Positions 1 to 9,803 of a DNA stretch of 64,000 nucleotides are shown here, piece after piece; the stretch's first letter is position 1; every line of letters starts with the position of its first letter. Source of the stretch: Mycobacteriales bacterium (GTDB lineage: Bacteria; Actinomycetota; Actinomycetes; BP-191); assembly GCA_035536235.1 (NCBI GenBank), contig DATLOQ010000119.1, positions 9 to 64,008 of the forward strand, written 5' to 3'. The notes beneath the pieces were generated by a model. It worked only from the letters and a program-made list of their open reading frames with translations, did no database searches and was not told the DNA's origin. The position numbers and the translations under genes were made by a program.

Positions 1-466
1 CGGCGGGCAGGAGGTACCAGTCGAGCGAGCGCACGAACGGGTAGACACACACGTAGCGCTTGGGATCCTCCCGCCTCACGAACGCCGGGACGTGGCTCTT
101 GTTGAACTCCGCCGGGCGGTGCAGGCCGACCACCGACCACACCGGCTCCATCGATCGACCCAGCCGGGTCTGCCTGAAGCGGGTGTCCGCCGACTGCAGC
201 GCGTCGGGGTCCGGACAGGTCCACCACACGAGCAGGTCGGCGTCCGCGCGGTAGCCGGCGACCGAGTAGGTGCCGCGGGTGTAGACGTCCTTGCGGCTCA
301 GCTCGTCGAAGAGGGCGCTGGCCTCTGCGGCGGCGCTCTCCCGACCGCCGTCGGCCAGCCGAGCGGCATCCGTGCGCGCCCGGAAGACGCAGTAGCTGGT
401 GTAGAGCAGCTCGTCGTTGAGCTCGCGGGCGGTCTTCTCGGTCGGAGTTCTCGCAGCCTCGGTCAT
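1..466 (-). CDS. hemQ: coproheme decarboxylase HemQ/ChdC (chlorite dismutase family), N-terminal 155 aa; the gene runs off the window start
   Basis: My own translation of the minus strand from ATG at 466: MTEAARTPTEKTARELNDELLYTSYCVFRA...RYVCVYPFVRSLDWYLLP, the hallmark HemQ motif. Not in the ORF track because there is no stop inside the window. Heme-gene context. Confidence 0.75.
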   Translation of the reverse strand, partial: MTEAARTPTEKTARELNDELLYTSYCVFRARTDAARLADGGRESAAAEASALFDELSRKDVYTRGTYSVAGYRADADLLVWWTCPDPDALQSADTRFRQTRLGRSMEPVWSVVGLHRPAEFNKSHVPAFVRREDPKRYVCVYPFVRSLDWYLLPA

Positions 467-626
467 CGGCCCATTGTCCCGCAGGTCGCGCGTCGGCGTA
501 CTGCCGCTGCGGTCGCCGGGAGCTCTTGACCGGGCAGATGTACCCGATCGTGACCCCCAGGGGGTCCACTTGGCCTGTTAACCGGGCAAATGTCGAGGGC
601 GGCGCGGGGGCAAGGCAGGGGCGGGC

Positions 627-2354
627 CTAGCGGACGATCACAGCGTCGGGGAGCGGGTCGGCGTACAGGCGGACACCGTCGTGCACCGGGATGGTGAACT
701 CCGTGCCGCCCTCTCCGGTGAAGATGTCGATGATCGCCCCGGCCGCGAAGGTCGGCACCTTGTCCGGGTGGGTCGACTGGATCCGCAGCTCGAGGGTGTG
801 ACCCTTGGCCAGCACGTGCGCGACAGCCTGCGAGACCAGCGGGATCGTCATCTTCTGACCCGGTACGACGGGGCTCGGCTTGTCGTTGCCGTTGCGCAGC
901 TCCGGCTGGATGGCCCAGCCGGACATCGAGATCCGGTCGCGCTCGCCGTCGGGCGCCACGTCGTACAGCGTGGCGTTGATGTGGATCCGCTCGCCGAAGA
1001 CAGCCGTGACGAGCTTCATCGTGGGGATGCCGGCGATCAGCATCTGCTTCGGCAGCGCCTTCGTCGTGAAGACCGCTGAGTCAGGGGAGAACTCACCACC
1101 GGCAGGGTTGGCCCGGAATCGCACGCTGCCGGACTCGTCCGCCAGCTCGCCGAGCGTGCCGGAGTTGGCGTGCAGGGTCAGCGCTCGCGAGGGGGTAGCC
1201 GGCCACGAGGTGGGCGTGAAGACCCGCCCGTCGTTGAGGAAGACCTCGACGGGCGGACCGGTGTCGACCTTGCGCTGCAGCAGCTGCTTGTCGAACCACG
1301 CGTGCAGGGCGAAGGTCCAATGGTGCTCGCGGGTGGTGGGGCAGCAGCCGCTGCCGTGGTCCCACTGGCCGATCCACGCCTTGTCACCCGCGCGGCCGCC
1401 CCGAGCGTGGAACCAGTCGAGGGCGGCTATCCGGGCGGCGTTGTCGTTGACGCCATGCACGGCGAACATCGGGATCTTCGACGCAGCCGCACCCTTTCGG
1501 AAGTCGCGCTCCTTGTGCCAAGCAACCTCGGCGCCGCTGAAGTACGCCTCACCGGTGACGGCGGCCGACTGCGTCATCCCACAGCCGAAGTACTGCATGT
1601 CGCGGCCGAAGTTGTCCCCGCCGGGCAGGTGCCGGTCGATCGCGATCTGCTCGTACGCGACCAACGGGCCGGCCCACTGCAGGCTGTACGGCACGCCGTT
1701 CTGGAACTCGTGGTGGTACATCGCGCCCAACCCGGCGCTGGGGACGATGGTGACCAGGCCCTTGGGGTTCTGCGCGGCGGCCATCTGCGGCGTCGAGCCG
1801 ACGTAGGAGTGTCCGGTCATGCCGACCCGGCCGTTGGACCACGGCTGCTTGGCGGCCCACTCGACGATCGCCTTGGCGTCACGCTGGTCCTTCGGGCCCA
1901 TGTGATCCAGACAGCCCTGGGACTTGCCGGTGCCGCGCAGGTCGACCATCACGACGGCATATCCGCGCGGGGCGAAGTAGCCGGTCAAGCCGATCTTGTT
2001 CTCGTCGGCATCCACCGGCTCGGGCAGGATCCGGGTGCCCTCGCGGCTGCCCGCTCCGCCGTGGTACGGCGAGAGCTCGAGGATCACGCCGAACCGACCC
2101 GCGGCCTTGGGCCGGGTCACCTCGACGTAGAGGCTCGGCCCGTCCGGCATCTTCACCATCATCGACTCCTTGACCGTCGCGAAGCGCGCAGTCGAGAGGC
2201 CGCTGATCTTGGGGTAGTCGCGGGGCGGCCCCGTCGTGACAGTGGGCCGGCCGGTGGCGCCGGACCTCGACGGCGCGGCGTCGGACGCAGCGAGGCTGCC
2301 GGCGAAGACGAGCAGGGCGCAGGCGCCGGACAGGACGAGACGGAATCGGTTCAT
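627..2354 (-). CDS. secreted CocE/NonD family hydrolase (S15 X-Pro dipeptidyl-peptidase-like)
   Basis: GHSYVG nucleophile elbow and alpha/beta-hydrolase length. The signal peptide MNRFRLVLSGACALLVFAGSLAA begins at internal ATG 2354; the longer ORF to 2483 is an N-terminal extension. Confidence 0.7.
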   Translation of the reverse strand: MNRFRLVLSGACALLVFAGSLAASDAAPSRSGATGRPTVTTGPPRDYPKISGLSTARFATVKESMMVKMPDGPSLYVEVTRPKAAGRFGVILELSPYHGGAGSREGTRILPEPVDADENKIGLTGYFAPRGYAVVMVDLRGTGKSQGCLDHMGPKDQRDAKAIVEWAAKQPWSNGRVGMTGHSYVGSTPQMAAAQNPKGLVTIVPSAGLGAMYHHEFQNGVPYSLQWAGPLVAYEQIAIDRHLPGGDNFGRDMQYFGCGMTQSAAVTGEAYFSGAEVAWHKERDFRKGAAASKIPMFAVHGVNDNAARIAALDWFHARGGRAGDKAWIGQWDHGSGCCPTTREHHWTFALHAWFDKQLLQRKVDTGPPVEVFLNDGRVFTPTSWPATPSRALTLHANSGTLGELADESGSVRFRANPAGGEFSPDSAVFTTKALPKQMLIAGIPTMKLVTAVFGERIHINATLYDVAPDGERDRISMSGWAIQPELRNGNDKPSPVVPGQKMTIPLVSQAVAHVLAKGHTLELRIQSTHPDKVPTFAAGAIIDIFTGEGGTEFTIPVHDGVRLYADPLPDAVIVR

Positions 2355-2409
2355 GAGCGGTGTTTTCGGTGTACGTCGGCCCATTCCTGCCGCGGTTACG
2401 CTGGCGAGC

Positions 2410-3453
2410 ATGACCGAGATGGTGGTGGCCGCGGAGGACACCGGACTGCTCCGCCGATGGCGGGAGGTGCTGCGGACCACCAACCCGCCGGCGCTCGGCC
2501 CGGACCAGCAGATCGACGTCGTGTCGAAGTGGCTGGTGCTGACCCGCGCAGCGGTGCTGCCGATGACGCTGACCGCGGGACTGGTGGCCGGCCTTCTCGC
2601 CGTACGCCAGGAGGGATTCCACTCCGGCTACTTCGCGCTGGCGCTGCTGGGCATCACCTTGGCGCACGTGTCGAACAACTTGATGAACGACCTCTTCGAC
2701 AGCGAGGTAGGCCTCGACACGAACAGCTATCCCCGGGCCCTCTACGCCCCGCACCCCATCCTGTCCGGGATGATCTCCCGGCGTGGGTTGGCCCTCGCGG
2801 CACTTGCGGTCAACGTCGCCGACCTGGCGATCGGGCTTGTGCTCTTCAGCGCCCGCGGCTGGCCGGTGCTCGCCTTCGCCGTCTCCGGCTTCCTGCTGAG
2901 CGCCGCTTACACGGCACCGCCGCTGCGGCTGAAGAAGCGGGGCCTCGGCGAGCCTGACGTGTTTCTCGTGTGGGGGCCGTTGATGGTCGGCGGGACCTAC
3001 TACTCAGCGGTCGGCTCCGTGCCGGAGGCGATCCTCGCCGCGTCCATTCCCTACGGCCTGCTCTGCACGGCCGTGCTGATGGGAAAGCACATCGACAAGA
3101 TCCCGTGGGACTCCCCCGCCGGGGTCCGGACCCTACCCGTGATCCTCGGTGAGGACCGCGCGCGAGTGCTCACTCGGGCGCTGATGATCGGCTTCTACGT
3201 CGCCGTCGTCGGCTGCGTGATCGGCGGTGCGCTGCCGTGGCCGGCCCTCGCAGTGATCGGCGCACTACCGGTGCTGGTCAAGACCCTGCAACCGCTGCGC
3301 GAGCCGCGACCCGACGCGCCACCGGCCGGCTTCCCGGTGTGGCCGCTGTGGTTCGCCGCCATCGCCTTCGTGCACACCCGCCGAGCCGGCGCGCTGCTCG
3401 TCCTCGGCCTCGCGGGCGCCGCGATCGCCGACATCCCCGCCCCGGCGCTCTGA
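2410..3453 (+). CDS. UbiA-family membrane prenyltransferase (MenA-like Asp-rich motif NDLFDSEVGLD)
   Basis: Multi-pass hydrophobic protein carrying an NDxxDxxxGxD motif. The start was chosen at ATG 2410 so as not to overlap the divergent hydrolase start; an earlier start remains possible. Confidence 0.55.
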   Translation: MTEMVVAAEDTGLLRRWREVLRTTNPPALGPDQQIDVVSKWLVLTRAAVLPMTLTAGLVAGLLAVRQEGFHSGYFALALLGITLAHVSNNLMNDLFDSEVGLDTNSYPRALYAPHPILSGMISRRGLALAALAVNVADLAIGLVLFSARGWPVLAFAVSGFLLSAAYTAPPLRLKKRGLGEPDVFLVWGPLMVGGTYYSAVGSVPEAILAASIPYGLLCTAVLMGKHIDKIPWDSPAGVRTLPVILGEDRARVLTRALMIGFYVAVVGCVIGGALPWPALAVIGALPVLVKTLQPLREPRPDAPPAGFPVWPLWFAAIAFVHTRRAGALLVLGLAGAAIADIPAPAL

Positions 3454-3466
3454 TGGCCCTGCGCTC

Positions 3467-3510
3467 TTCCGTGTCATAGAAGACACGGAAGAGCGCAGGG
3501 TCACCCGGGT
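3467..3510. terminator. 19-bp perfect inverted repeat (CCCTGCGCTCTTCCGTGTC / ATAGAA / GACACGGAAGAGCGCAGGG); a bidirectional hairpin between convergent genes
   Basis: Read directly from the sequence. It sits between the stop of the prenyltransferase (3453) and the stop of hemY (3501); the stem covers the hemY stop codon. There is no U-tract, as is common in high-GC actinobacteria. Confidence 0.5.
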
Positions 3511-4886
3511 CGCGCCCGAAGGTGGGCGAGGACGGTGGCCGCGGCCTTCTCCCCGGATCGGATGCAGGCGGGCACCCCCACGCCGTCGTACGCCGAGCCG
3601 GCCAGGGCCAGTCCGGGCAAAGCGGCGAGCGCGGCGTCGACCCGGGCGATTCGCTCCCGGTGCCCGACGGCGTACTGCGGCAGCGCGTCGGCCCAGCGCG
3701 AGACGCGGACCTCGAGCGGGCGCGCGGTGAGCCCGACCGCGAGCGCCAGCTCGGTGAGCAGTCGCGCCACGATCTCGTCGTCGTCGTCGGGGGCCGGCTC
3801 GCCTGCTCGCCCGACGGAGCACCGCACGATTGTCACGTCGCCCCGGTCGAGGTGCGCCCACTTCGCCGACGAGAAGGTGCACGCCTTCATCAGGCGACCT
3901 TCGGTCGCCGGCACCAGGAAGCCGCTGCCTCCCGGCGCTCCCGCCAGCGCCCCACGAGGCAGCGCCATGGTCACGACCACGACCGACGCAGTCCTGACGC
4001 CGGCGAGCTCGGTCGACACCTCGGGGGCAGCGAATCGCAGCAGGCTGCTCGCGACAGGAGCCGGCGTCGCCGCGACCACGGCATCCACCACGAGAGCGCG
4101 ACCCCCGACCAGGGTGATCCGCCACGCGTTGCCGACCCGCTCGACCAGGGCCGCCCGGGACGACAAGCGCACGGCGTCGCCGAGGGAGCGCGCGATGGCC
4201 TGGGGCAGCTGCCCGAGGCCGCCGTCGAGAGACGAGAAGACCGGCGACGTGTCGACGGGTGCGGCCGCGGTGCGGCTGCGCACCACGCGCATCACGGAAC
4301 GCTGGCCGTGCGCTGCCGCAGCCAGCTGCGGCACTGTCGACTCGAGGCTTAGCTCGTCCGCCCGACCGGCGTAGACCCCGCCGAGCAAGGGGTCAACGAG
4401 GCGGTCGACGACCTGCCGACCGAGGCGGCGCCGGACGAGCTCCCCGACACTGATGTCGCCGACGGGTGCCGACGCGGGCAGCACCAGGTCGGCCGCCGCG
4501 CGGAGCAGTCCGGCCGGCGAGAGCACCCTGCTGGATGCCAGAGATCGCCATGACCCGGGCACGCCGAGGAGAGTGCCCTCAGGAATGGGGCGTAGCCGGT
4601 CCCCGATCCACACGTAGGCCTGCCCGGTGCTTGGCGAGACCAGCAGCTCGCCGAGCCCGACCTCACGGGCCAGCCGCTCCCCCTCGGGCACCCGGGCCAG
4701 GAAGGCGTCCGCTCCCGCGTCGACCTGGAGCCCACCGATCGACGACGTGTGCAGGATGCCGCCGACCCGCGCCGACCCCTCTAGCACGATCACCTCGATG
4801 GCGGGATCAGCGGTGCGATGGAGCGCATGAGCGCAGGCCAGTCCGGAGATTCCGCCGCCGATGACGGCGACCACCCTGCGCCCCAT
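3501..4886 (-). CDS. hemY: protoporphyrinogen/coproporphyrinogen III oxidase (HemY/CgoX), FAD-dependent
   Basis: N-terminal GxGxxG (VVAVIGGGISGLACA), full-length HemY-like similarity, heme-gene context. Confidence 0.85.
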   Translation of the reverse strand: MGRRVVAVIGGGISGLACAHALHRTADPAIEVIVLEGSARVGGILHTSSIGGLQVDAGADAFLARVPEGERLAREVGLGELLVSPSTGQAYVWIGDRLRPIPEGTLLGVPGSWRSLASSRVLSPAGLLRAAADLVLPASAPVGDISVGELVRRRLGRQVVDRLVDPLLGGVYAGRADELSLESTVPQLAAAAHGQRSVMRVVRSRTAAAPVDTSPVFSSLDGGLGQLPQAIARSLGDAVRLSSRAALVERVGNAWRITLVGGRALVVDAVVAATPAPVASSLLRFAAPEVSTELAGVRTASVVVVTMALPRGALAGAPGGSGFLVPATEGRLMKACTFSSAKWAHLDRGDVTIVRCSVGRAGEPAPDDDDEIVARLLTELALAVGLTARPLEVRVSRWADALPQYAVGHRERIARVDAALAALPGLALAGSAYDGVGVPACIRSGEKAAATVLAHLRARPG

Positions 4887-4894
4887 GTCCTGGC

Positions 4895-5875
4895 TCAGCG
4901 CGGGGGGACCGGTACGGCGTCGGTCGTCGCAGCTCTCGCTGACTCGGGGACCAGCGGCCGCGGCCGCAGGCGCCCTTCAGCGAGGGCCACCGCCACGATG
5001 ACGACCGCCCCGCCGACGAAGAGGTTCCAGCCGAGCGGCTCGTCGAGGACGGCCACCCCTAGCGCCACCGCGACGAGCGGGATCAAGAAAGTGACCATCG
5101 ACGCGCTGGTCGCCCCGATGTCACGGATCAGCCCGTGGTAGAGCACGAAGGCGATGCCCGTGCCGAGCGCCCCGAGCGCGAGCATCGAGAGCACGACTCT
5201 CGGAGTGAGCGTCATCGGCTCCCGGGAAGCCAGCGGGGTGATGACCCCGAGGATGACGGCCGACGCCGTGAGCTGGCAGGCGGCCAGGACCACCGGCGAG
5301 ATGCCCGTGCCGGACAGCTTCTTGCGGGTGAGGTTGAAGCCGACGCCGTACGACACCGCTGCACCGAGTGCGGCCAGCTGACCGGTGATCAAGTTCGCTT
5401 GGTCCGATCCGCGCCACGGCCCCAGCACGACCACCACCCCGAGGAAGCCGAGCAGCAGCCCGTAGACCCGCTCCCGGCTGGGCCGCTCCTCAGGGAGGAA
5501 GAGGATGGCGATCACCAGGGTCATCAGCGGGGTGGTCGCGTTGTAGACCCCGGACACTCCGCTGGAGATGCGCTCGCCGGCCCACCCGAACGCGTAGAAC
5601 GGGATGACGTTCGCCACCAGCGAGAGCACTGCCACCCGCCCCCAGAGGCTGCGGTCGCGCGGCACCGGCAGTCGCCGTACGGCGACGATCAGCCAGACCA
5701 CTACCGCGCCGGCCAGGGTGCGGCCCAGAGCTACCTGCAGGGGCGACAGCCCCTCGAGGGCCACCTTGATGAAGAGGAAGCTGGTGCCCCAGACCGCACC
5801 GAGGAAGCCGAGTCGGAGCAGCGCAGACCGGCTCATTCGCGCAGAGGTCATGGCGGAGTTCGCGGGAGCAGACAC
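4895..5875 (-). CDS. DMT/EamA family transporter
   Basis: 10-TM hydrophobic profile and duplicated EamA-like halves. Confidence 0.65.
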   Translation of the reverse strand: MSAPANSAMTSARMSRSALLRLGFLGAVWGTSFLFIKVALEGLSPLQVALGRTLAGAVVVWLIVAVRRLPVPRDRSLWGRVAVLSLVANVIPFYAFGWAGERISSGVSGVYNATTPLMTLVIAILFLPEERPSRERVYGLLLGFLGVVVVLGPWRGSDQANLITGQLAALGAAVSYGVGFNLTRKKLSGTGISPVVLAACQLTASAVILGVITPLASREPMTLTPRVVLSMLALGALGTGIAFVLYHGLIRDIGATSASMVTFLIPLVAVALGVAVLDEPLGWNLFVGGAVVIVAVALAEGRLRPRPLVPESARAATTDAVPVPPR

Positions 5876-5884
5876 CGACCGAGC

Positions 5885-6805
5885 CTACGCGGCGCCGCTG
5901 CGCTCGTCGGCCGCTTGCCGGACCAGCTGCGCCAGTGCCGCCATCACCTCGGGATCGGCGTTGATCGACCGCGTGCGCGCGAAGGGCAGGCCCAGCTGAC
6001 GGGCCAGCCCGGCTGCCTCGATGTCGAGGTCGTAGGCCACCTCCAGGTGATCTGCCGTGAAGCCGCAGGCGCAGATCACCACTCCCGGCGACTGTGCCCC
6101 GGCGCGGTCGGTGAGGATCTGCAGCACATCCGGGCCCAGCCACGGTTCGGCGGTGCGCCCGGCGCTCTGCCAGCCGACCGACCACGTGGGCAGGGCGAGC
6201 CTCTCGGCGACTTCCTGGGCTGTCTCGGCCAGCTGCATCGGGTACGGGTCGCCCATCGTCACGACGCGCTCCGGCACCGAGTGGGCAGTGAAGACGACCT
6301 CACCGCCGGGCACTAATGCCAGCGCGTCGGTGACGGCTCGGGCGAGGAAGTCGACGTACGCCGGCAGCAGGTGCCACGACGGGACGGTCTCGACCGCGAC
6401 GCCATGGGTCTCGCCCGCCGCAGCCGCCTTCGCGGCGTACTGGCCCACCGACACCGTCGACCAGTGCGGTGCCAGGACGAGCCCGACGGCTCGGTCGAGC
6501 CCGTCAGCAGCCAGCGCGGCCACCCCCTCCTCGATCGAGGGCGCGGAGTGCTTGGTGCCCAGCACAACCGTGAAGCGATCGGGCTCGGCAGCGTCGAGGG
6601 CACTCTGGATCCCGTCGAGCTGCGACTCGGTGATCGCGCGCAGCGGGAACGTGCCGCCGAGCGCGTCGTAGCGCGCAGTGAGGTCCGCCAGCTGCTGAGG
6701 CTCCGGAGGACGGCCGCGTCGGATGTCGGTGTAGTACACCTCGATGTCGTCGCGGTCCCGGGGCGTGCCGTACGCCATCACCAGCACTCCGACCCGTTCG
6801 GTCAC
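5885..6805 (-). CDS. hemH: ferrochelatase (coproporphyrin ferrochelatase CpfC/HemH)
   Basis: MTERVGVLVMAYGTP... ferrochelatase N-terminus and family length. GTG start. Confidence 0.85.
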   Translation of the reverse strand: MTERVGVLVMAYGTPRDRDDIEVYYTDIRRGRPPEPQQLADLTARYDALGGTFPLRAITESQLDGIQSALDAAEPDRFTVVLGTKHSAPSIEEGVAALAADGLDRAVGLVLAPHWSTVSVGQYAAKAAAAGETHGVAVETVPSWHLLPAYVDFLARAVTDALALVPGGEVVFTAHSVPERVVTMGDPYPMQLAETAQEVAERLALPTWSVGWQSAGRTAEPWLGPDVLQILTDRAGAQSPGVVICACGFTADHLEVAYDLDIEAAGLARQLGLPFARTRSINADPEVMAALAQLVRQAADERSGAA

Positions 6806-6810
6806 CGCTC

Positions 6811-6907
6811 AGCCCTGGTGACAGGCACAGCAAGATCACCACGGAGGGGGCGAGCCCTGGGGCCAGGCACAGCAAGATCACCACCTAACGGGTGATCTTG
6901 CTGTGTG
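6811..6907. repeat. Array of a 15-bp motif CACAGCAAGATCACC: two direct copies inside a 32-bp direct repeat (6811-6842, 6853-6884; 30/32 identical), plus one inverted copy forming a 15-bp perfect hairpin (6868-6882 / 6891-6905, loop ACCTAACG)
   Basis: Read directly from the sequence. It lies in the 122-bp spacer between the hemE stop (6928) and the hemH start (6805); the first repeat begins 6 nt from the hemH start codon. Confidence 0.7.
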
Positions 6908-6927
6908 TGTCCACAAGCGGTCATGGG

Positions 6928-7995
6928 TCAGTGGGTCGTGGTCTCGTGGACGAGCTCGACGACGCGGCGCAGCACATCGGGGTCGGTCTCGGGGAGCACC
7001 CCGTGGCCGAGGTTGAAGACGTGCCCCTCCAACCCGCGAGCTCGGTGGAGCACCTCCCGGGTGCGCTCCTCGACGACGTCCCACGGGGCCAGCACCACCG
7101 CCGGGTCGAGGTTGCCCTGCACCGCCTTGCCCGGACCGATGCGGCGGGCTCCTTCGTCGATCGGCAGGTGGAAGTCGACGCCGACGACGTCGGCGCCCGC
7201 CGCCGCCATCAGGCCCAGGATCTCGCCGGTGCCCACGCCGAAGTGGATGCGCGGCACCCCGAGGTCCGCCAGACCCGCGAAGATTTTCTGCGACGCAGGC
7301 AGCACGTGGCGCTCGTAGTCGGCAGCCGAGAGGGCACCGGCCCACGAGTCGAAGAGCTGTACGGCGCTGACGCCCGCGGCCACCTGCGCTCGCAGGAACG
7401 TCAGGGTGAGATCGGCCAGCGCGTCGAGCAGCTGGGCCCACCCCGCCGGGTCGGCGTACATGAAGGCCTTCGTGCGGCTGTGGGTCTTCGACGGCCCGCC
7501 CTCGACGAGGTAGCTGGCCAGGGTGAACGGCGCCCCGGCGAAGCCGATGAGCGGCACCTCGAGCTCCTTGACTAGGAGTCGGACAGCCTCGCCGATGTAG
7601 GGCATGTCGCTGTCGGGGTCGAGCGGTCGCAGCCGGTCCAGGTCAGCCGGTCCGCGGAAGGGCTCGTCGACTACCGGCCCCACCCCGGGTTTGATGTCCA
7701 GCCCGACGCCGATCGCCTTGAGCGGCAGCACGATGTCGCTGAAGAGGATGGCGGCGTCGACGCCGTGGCGCCGCACCGGCTGTAGCGTGATCTCGGTGAC
7801 CAGCTCCGGTCGCGTGCAGCTCTCGAGCATCGTCGTGCCGACGCGCAGCGCGCGATACTCGGGCAGCGACCGGCCGGCCTGGCGCATGAACCAGACCGGG
7901 GTGTGCGGCACCGGCTCGCGGCGACACGCGCGCAGGAAGGGCGAGTTCGCCAGCAGGGAGGTCACGGCAAGGATCGTCCCATGCCTGTCCGGCAC
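6928..7995 (-). CDS. hemE: uroporphyrinogen decarboxylase
   Basis: [10 protein letters not shown] motif and full-length HemE similarity. Confidence 0.9.
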   Translation of the reverse strand: MPDRHGTILAVTSLLANSPFLRACRREPVPHTPVWFMRQAGRSLPEYRALRVGTTMLESCTRPELVTEITLQPVRRHGVDAAILFSDIVLPLKAIGVGLDIKPGVGPVVDEPFRGPADLDRLRPLDPDSDMPYIGEAVRLLVKELEVPLIGFAGAPFTLASYLVEGGPSKTHSRTKAFMYADPAGWAQLLDALADLTLTFLRAQVAAGVSAVQLFDSWAGALSAADYERHVLPASQKIFAGLADLGVPRIHFGVGTGEILGLMAAAGADVVGVDFHLPIDEGARRIGPGKAVQGNLDPAVVLAPWDVVEERTREVLHRARGLEGHVFNLGHGVLPETDPDVLRRVVELVHETTTH

Positions 7996-8028
7996 CAGCA
8001 GAGCGGGCAGCTGGCCGAAGGGGGCTGC

Positions 8029-8823
8029 TCAGCCGATCCGCAGCGCGAAGGACACCAGGCGTTCGGCCGCACCGGCGCCGGTGCTGACGAATACCGCCTC
8101 GTAGCTCGCCGCAGGGGTCTGGCCGGGATAGAAGTACAGGGCCTGGATCGAGGCGAGCCGGCCAGGGGCACCCGCGACCACCACCCCCGTGCCTCCGGAC
8201 ACTCCGCCGGTGGCGCACTGGGAGCCTGGGCGAGCCAAGCAGACGTCGTCCGCCGACACCACTCCCGCGGAGTAGGACTGCGCCGACGCGAGCACGACCA
8301 TCGACCCGAGCGTGACCGTCATCGGAATGCGGCTCACCGCTGTCGGGACTCCCATCGGCAGGGTCTGCCGCACCAGCTCACCGCGGACGTCGGCTCGACC
8401 TCGGGGCAGGAGCGTGACCGACCGCCCGAGACCTTTCGCGGGCACCCGCACCTCGCTGGGCCCGTTGGCCAGCAACGTGACGCGGTAGCGGCCCGCTGGA
8501 AGCCGGACGGCGTCGAACCCGCCGCCGAAGACCATCGGGACCTGATCGCTGTCAACGGAGAAACCAGCCGCGACCACACCCCCGACAGCGACACTGCCGT
8601 CAGCGCGGTGCACGACGAATCCGGCGAAGGTGCCGCCCATGCGTGCGCTCATCGCCCGGGCCGGCCCGAGCCCGCCGACCTCGAACGTCGTGGGCCGCCG
8701 GAGCACCAGGTTCATGCTCCTGCTGGCCACTCCCCGCAGCACCAGCACCTCAGCGGGGCTGGCCCAGGCCGCCGGCAGTCCGGTCAGACCGAGAAGCACC
8801 AGCAGCACTGCCAGTCGGCGCAT
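8029..8823 (-). CDS. secreted hypothetical protein (signal peptide MRRLAVLLVLLGLTGLPAAWASPA)
   Basis: ORF with a clear Sec signal peptide from internal ATG 8823; the ORF-track extension to 9078 is Arg-rich junk. No recognisable domain. Confidence 0.45.
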   Translation of the reverse strand: MRRLAVLLVLLGLTGLPAAWASPAEVLVLRGVASRSMNLVLRRPTTFEVGGLGPARAMSARMGGTFAGFVVHRADGSVAVGGVVAAGFSVDSDQVPMVFGGGFDAVRLPAGRYRVTLLANGPSEVRVPAKGLGRSVTLLPRGRADVRGELVRQTLPMGVPTAVSRIPMTVTLGSMVVLASAQSYSAGVVSADDVCLARPGSQCATGGVSGGTGVVVAGAPGRLASIQALYFYPGQTPAASYEAVFVSTGAGAAERLVSFALRIG

Positions 8824-8864
8824 GCCACGGACTTCGACGCCGCTGCGTCGGGCACCTCTCGGGC

Positions 8865-9713
8865 TCACCCGGCGCCGCCGCTGCCGGCGATCAGGACCAC
8901 GCCGGTGAGTGCGGCGACCACCCCCGCGACCTGTGACCGCCGCATCCGCTCGGCGAGCAGCCGACGCGCCAGCAACGCCGTGACGACGGGGTAGAGCGAG
9001 GCCAGCACCGCGACCACAGCCAGGTCGGCAGCCCCGCTGGCAGCCACGGCGTAAAGGCCGACCGCCCCGAGGTCGCACCCGCCGGCCAGTACGAGCGTCG
9101 GCACATCGGCGCGGCGGACGGTGAGGGGAGTACGACGCAGCGCGACCGTCGCAATGGTGAGGACCGCCCCGGTGGCCCGCATGACGGCGAGGACCGCCAG
9201 CGTGCTGCTGCCCTCGCCCGAAGTGGCCCGGTCGACGAGCACCAGCACGGAGCCGAAGCCCAGCGCGGCCAGGAACGCCAACCCGAACGCCGCACGGCTA
9301 GCGCCGCCATGGCGCAGGTCGAGACCGGAGGCCAGAACCACACCGGAAGCAGCGAGCAGGATCCCACCCGTGGCGAGCGCGCCCGGCCGGTCGCCCTGCG
9401 CCCAGGACACCACCACAGGCACGGCGACGCCGGTGGCGGCGATGGGCGCGACCACCCCCATCGTGCCCACCGCCAGCGCCTGGTAGAAGGCGCTGAGCGC
9501 GACGGCAATGGCTGCCCCCGCGCCGGCCGCGAGCAGCAGGTAGGGGCCGAACGGGGCGTCCCGGCGGAGCAGCAGCAGGCTGCCCGCCAGCACCAGTCCG
9601 ACCACCTGGACCACCGCCACGACGAGCAGCGCGGGGCAGCGGCGGCTGAGCACACCGCCGATGTAGTCGGCGGTCCCCCACAGCAGGCTGGAGACGAGGG
9701 CGAGGAGAGCCAC
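8865..9713 (-). CDS. DMT/EamA family transporter (start uncertain, GTG 9713 or nearby)
   Basis: The C-terminal ~280 aa of the 472-aa ORF are a typical 10-TM EamA protein; the upstream part of the ORF overlaps the divergent DUF3000 gene and is not protein-like. Confidence 0.55.
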   Translation of the reverse strand: MALLALVSSLLWGTADYIGGVLSRRCPALLVVAVVQVVGLVLAGSLLLLRRDAPFGPYLLLAAGAGAAIAVALSAFYQALAVGTMGVVAPIAATGVAVPVVVSWAQGDRPGALATGGILLAASGVVLASGLDLRHGGASRAAFGLAFLAALGFGSVLVLVDRATSGEGSSTLAVLAVMRATGAVLTIATVALRRTPLTVRRADVPTLVLAGGCDLGAVGLYAVAASGAADLAVVAVLASLYPVVTALLARRLLAERMRRSQVAGVVAALTGVVLIAGSGGAG

Positions 9714-9803
9714 GACGATGACCCTACGGGCGACACGCCCGGCGCCAACGGGACGGCCCGGGGTTACCAGTCGCTGCGGCGGGTCCCACCTAGTGTGACG
9801 GCC

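Noticed and set aside
1170-2957. 595-aa plus ORF and other long ORFs overlapping the CocE/NonD hydrolase
   Set aside because: Antisense and frame-shifted shadows of the hydrolase and prenyltransferase genes; Arg/Gly-rich, with no motifs.
8029-9078. Long N-terminal extension (85 aa) of the secreted hypothetical protein; likewise the 31719-31982 extension of metF, the 2355-2483 extension of the hydrolase, and the 38184-38294 extension of the AbiEi/DUF559 gene
   Set aside because: The extensions are Arg/Gly-rich and precede an obvious signal peptide or conserved N-terminus. Internal starts with better context were chosen.
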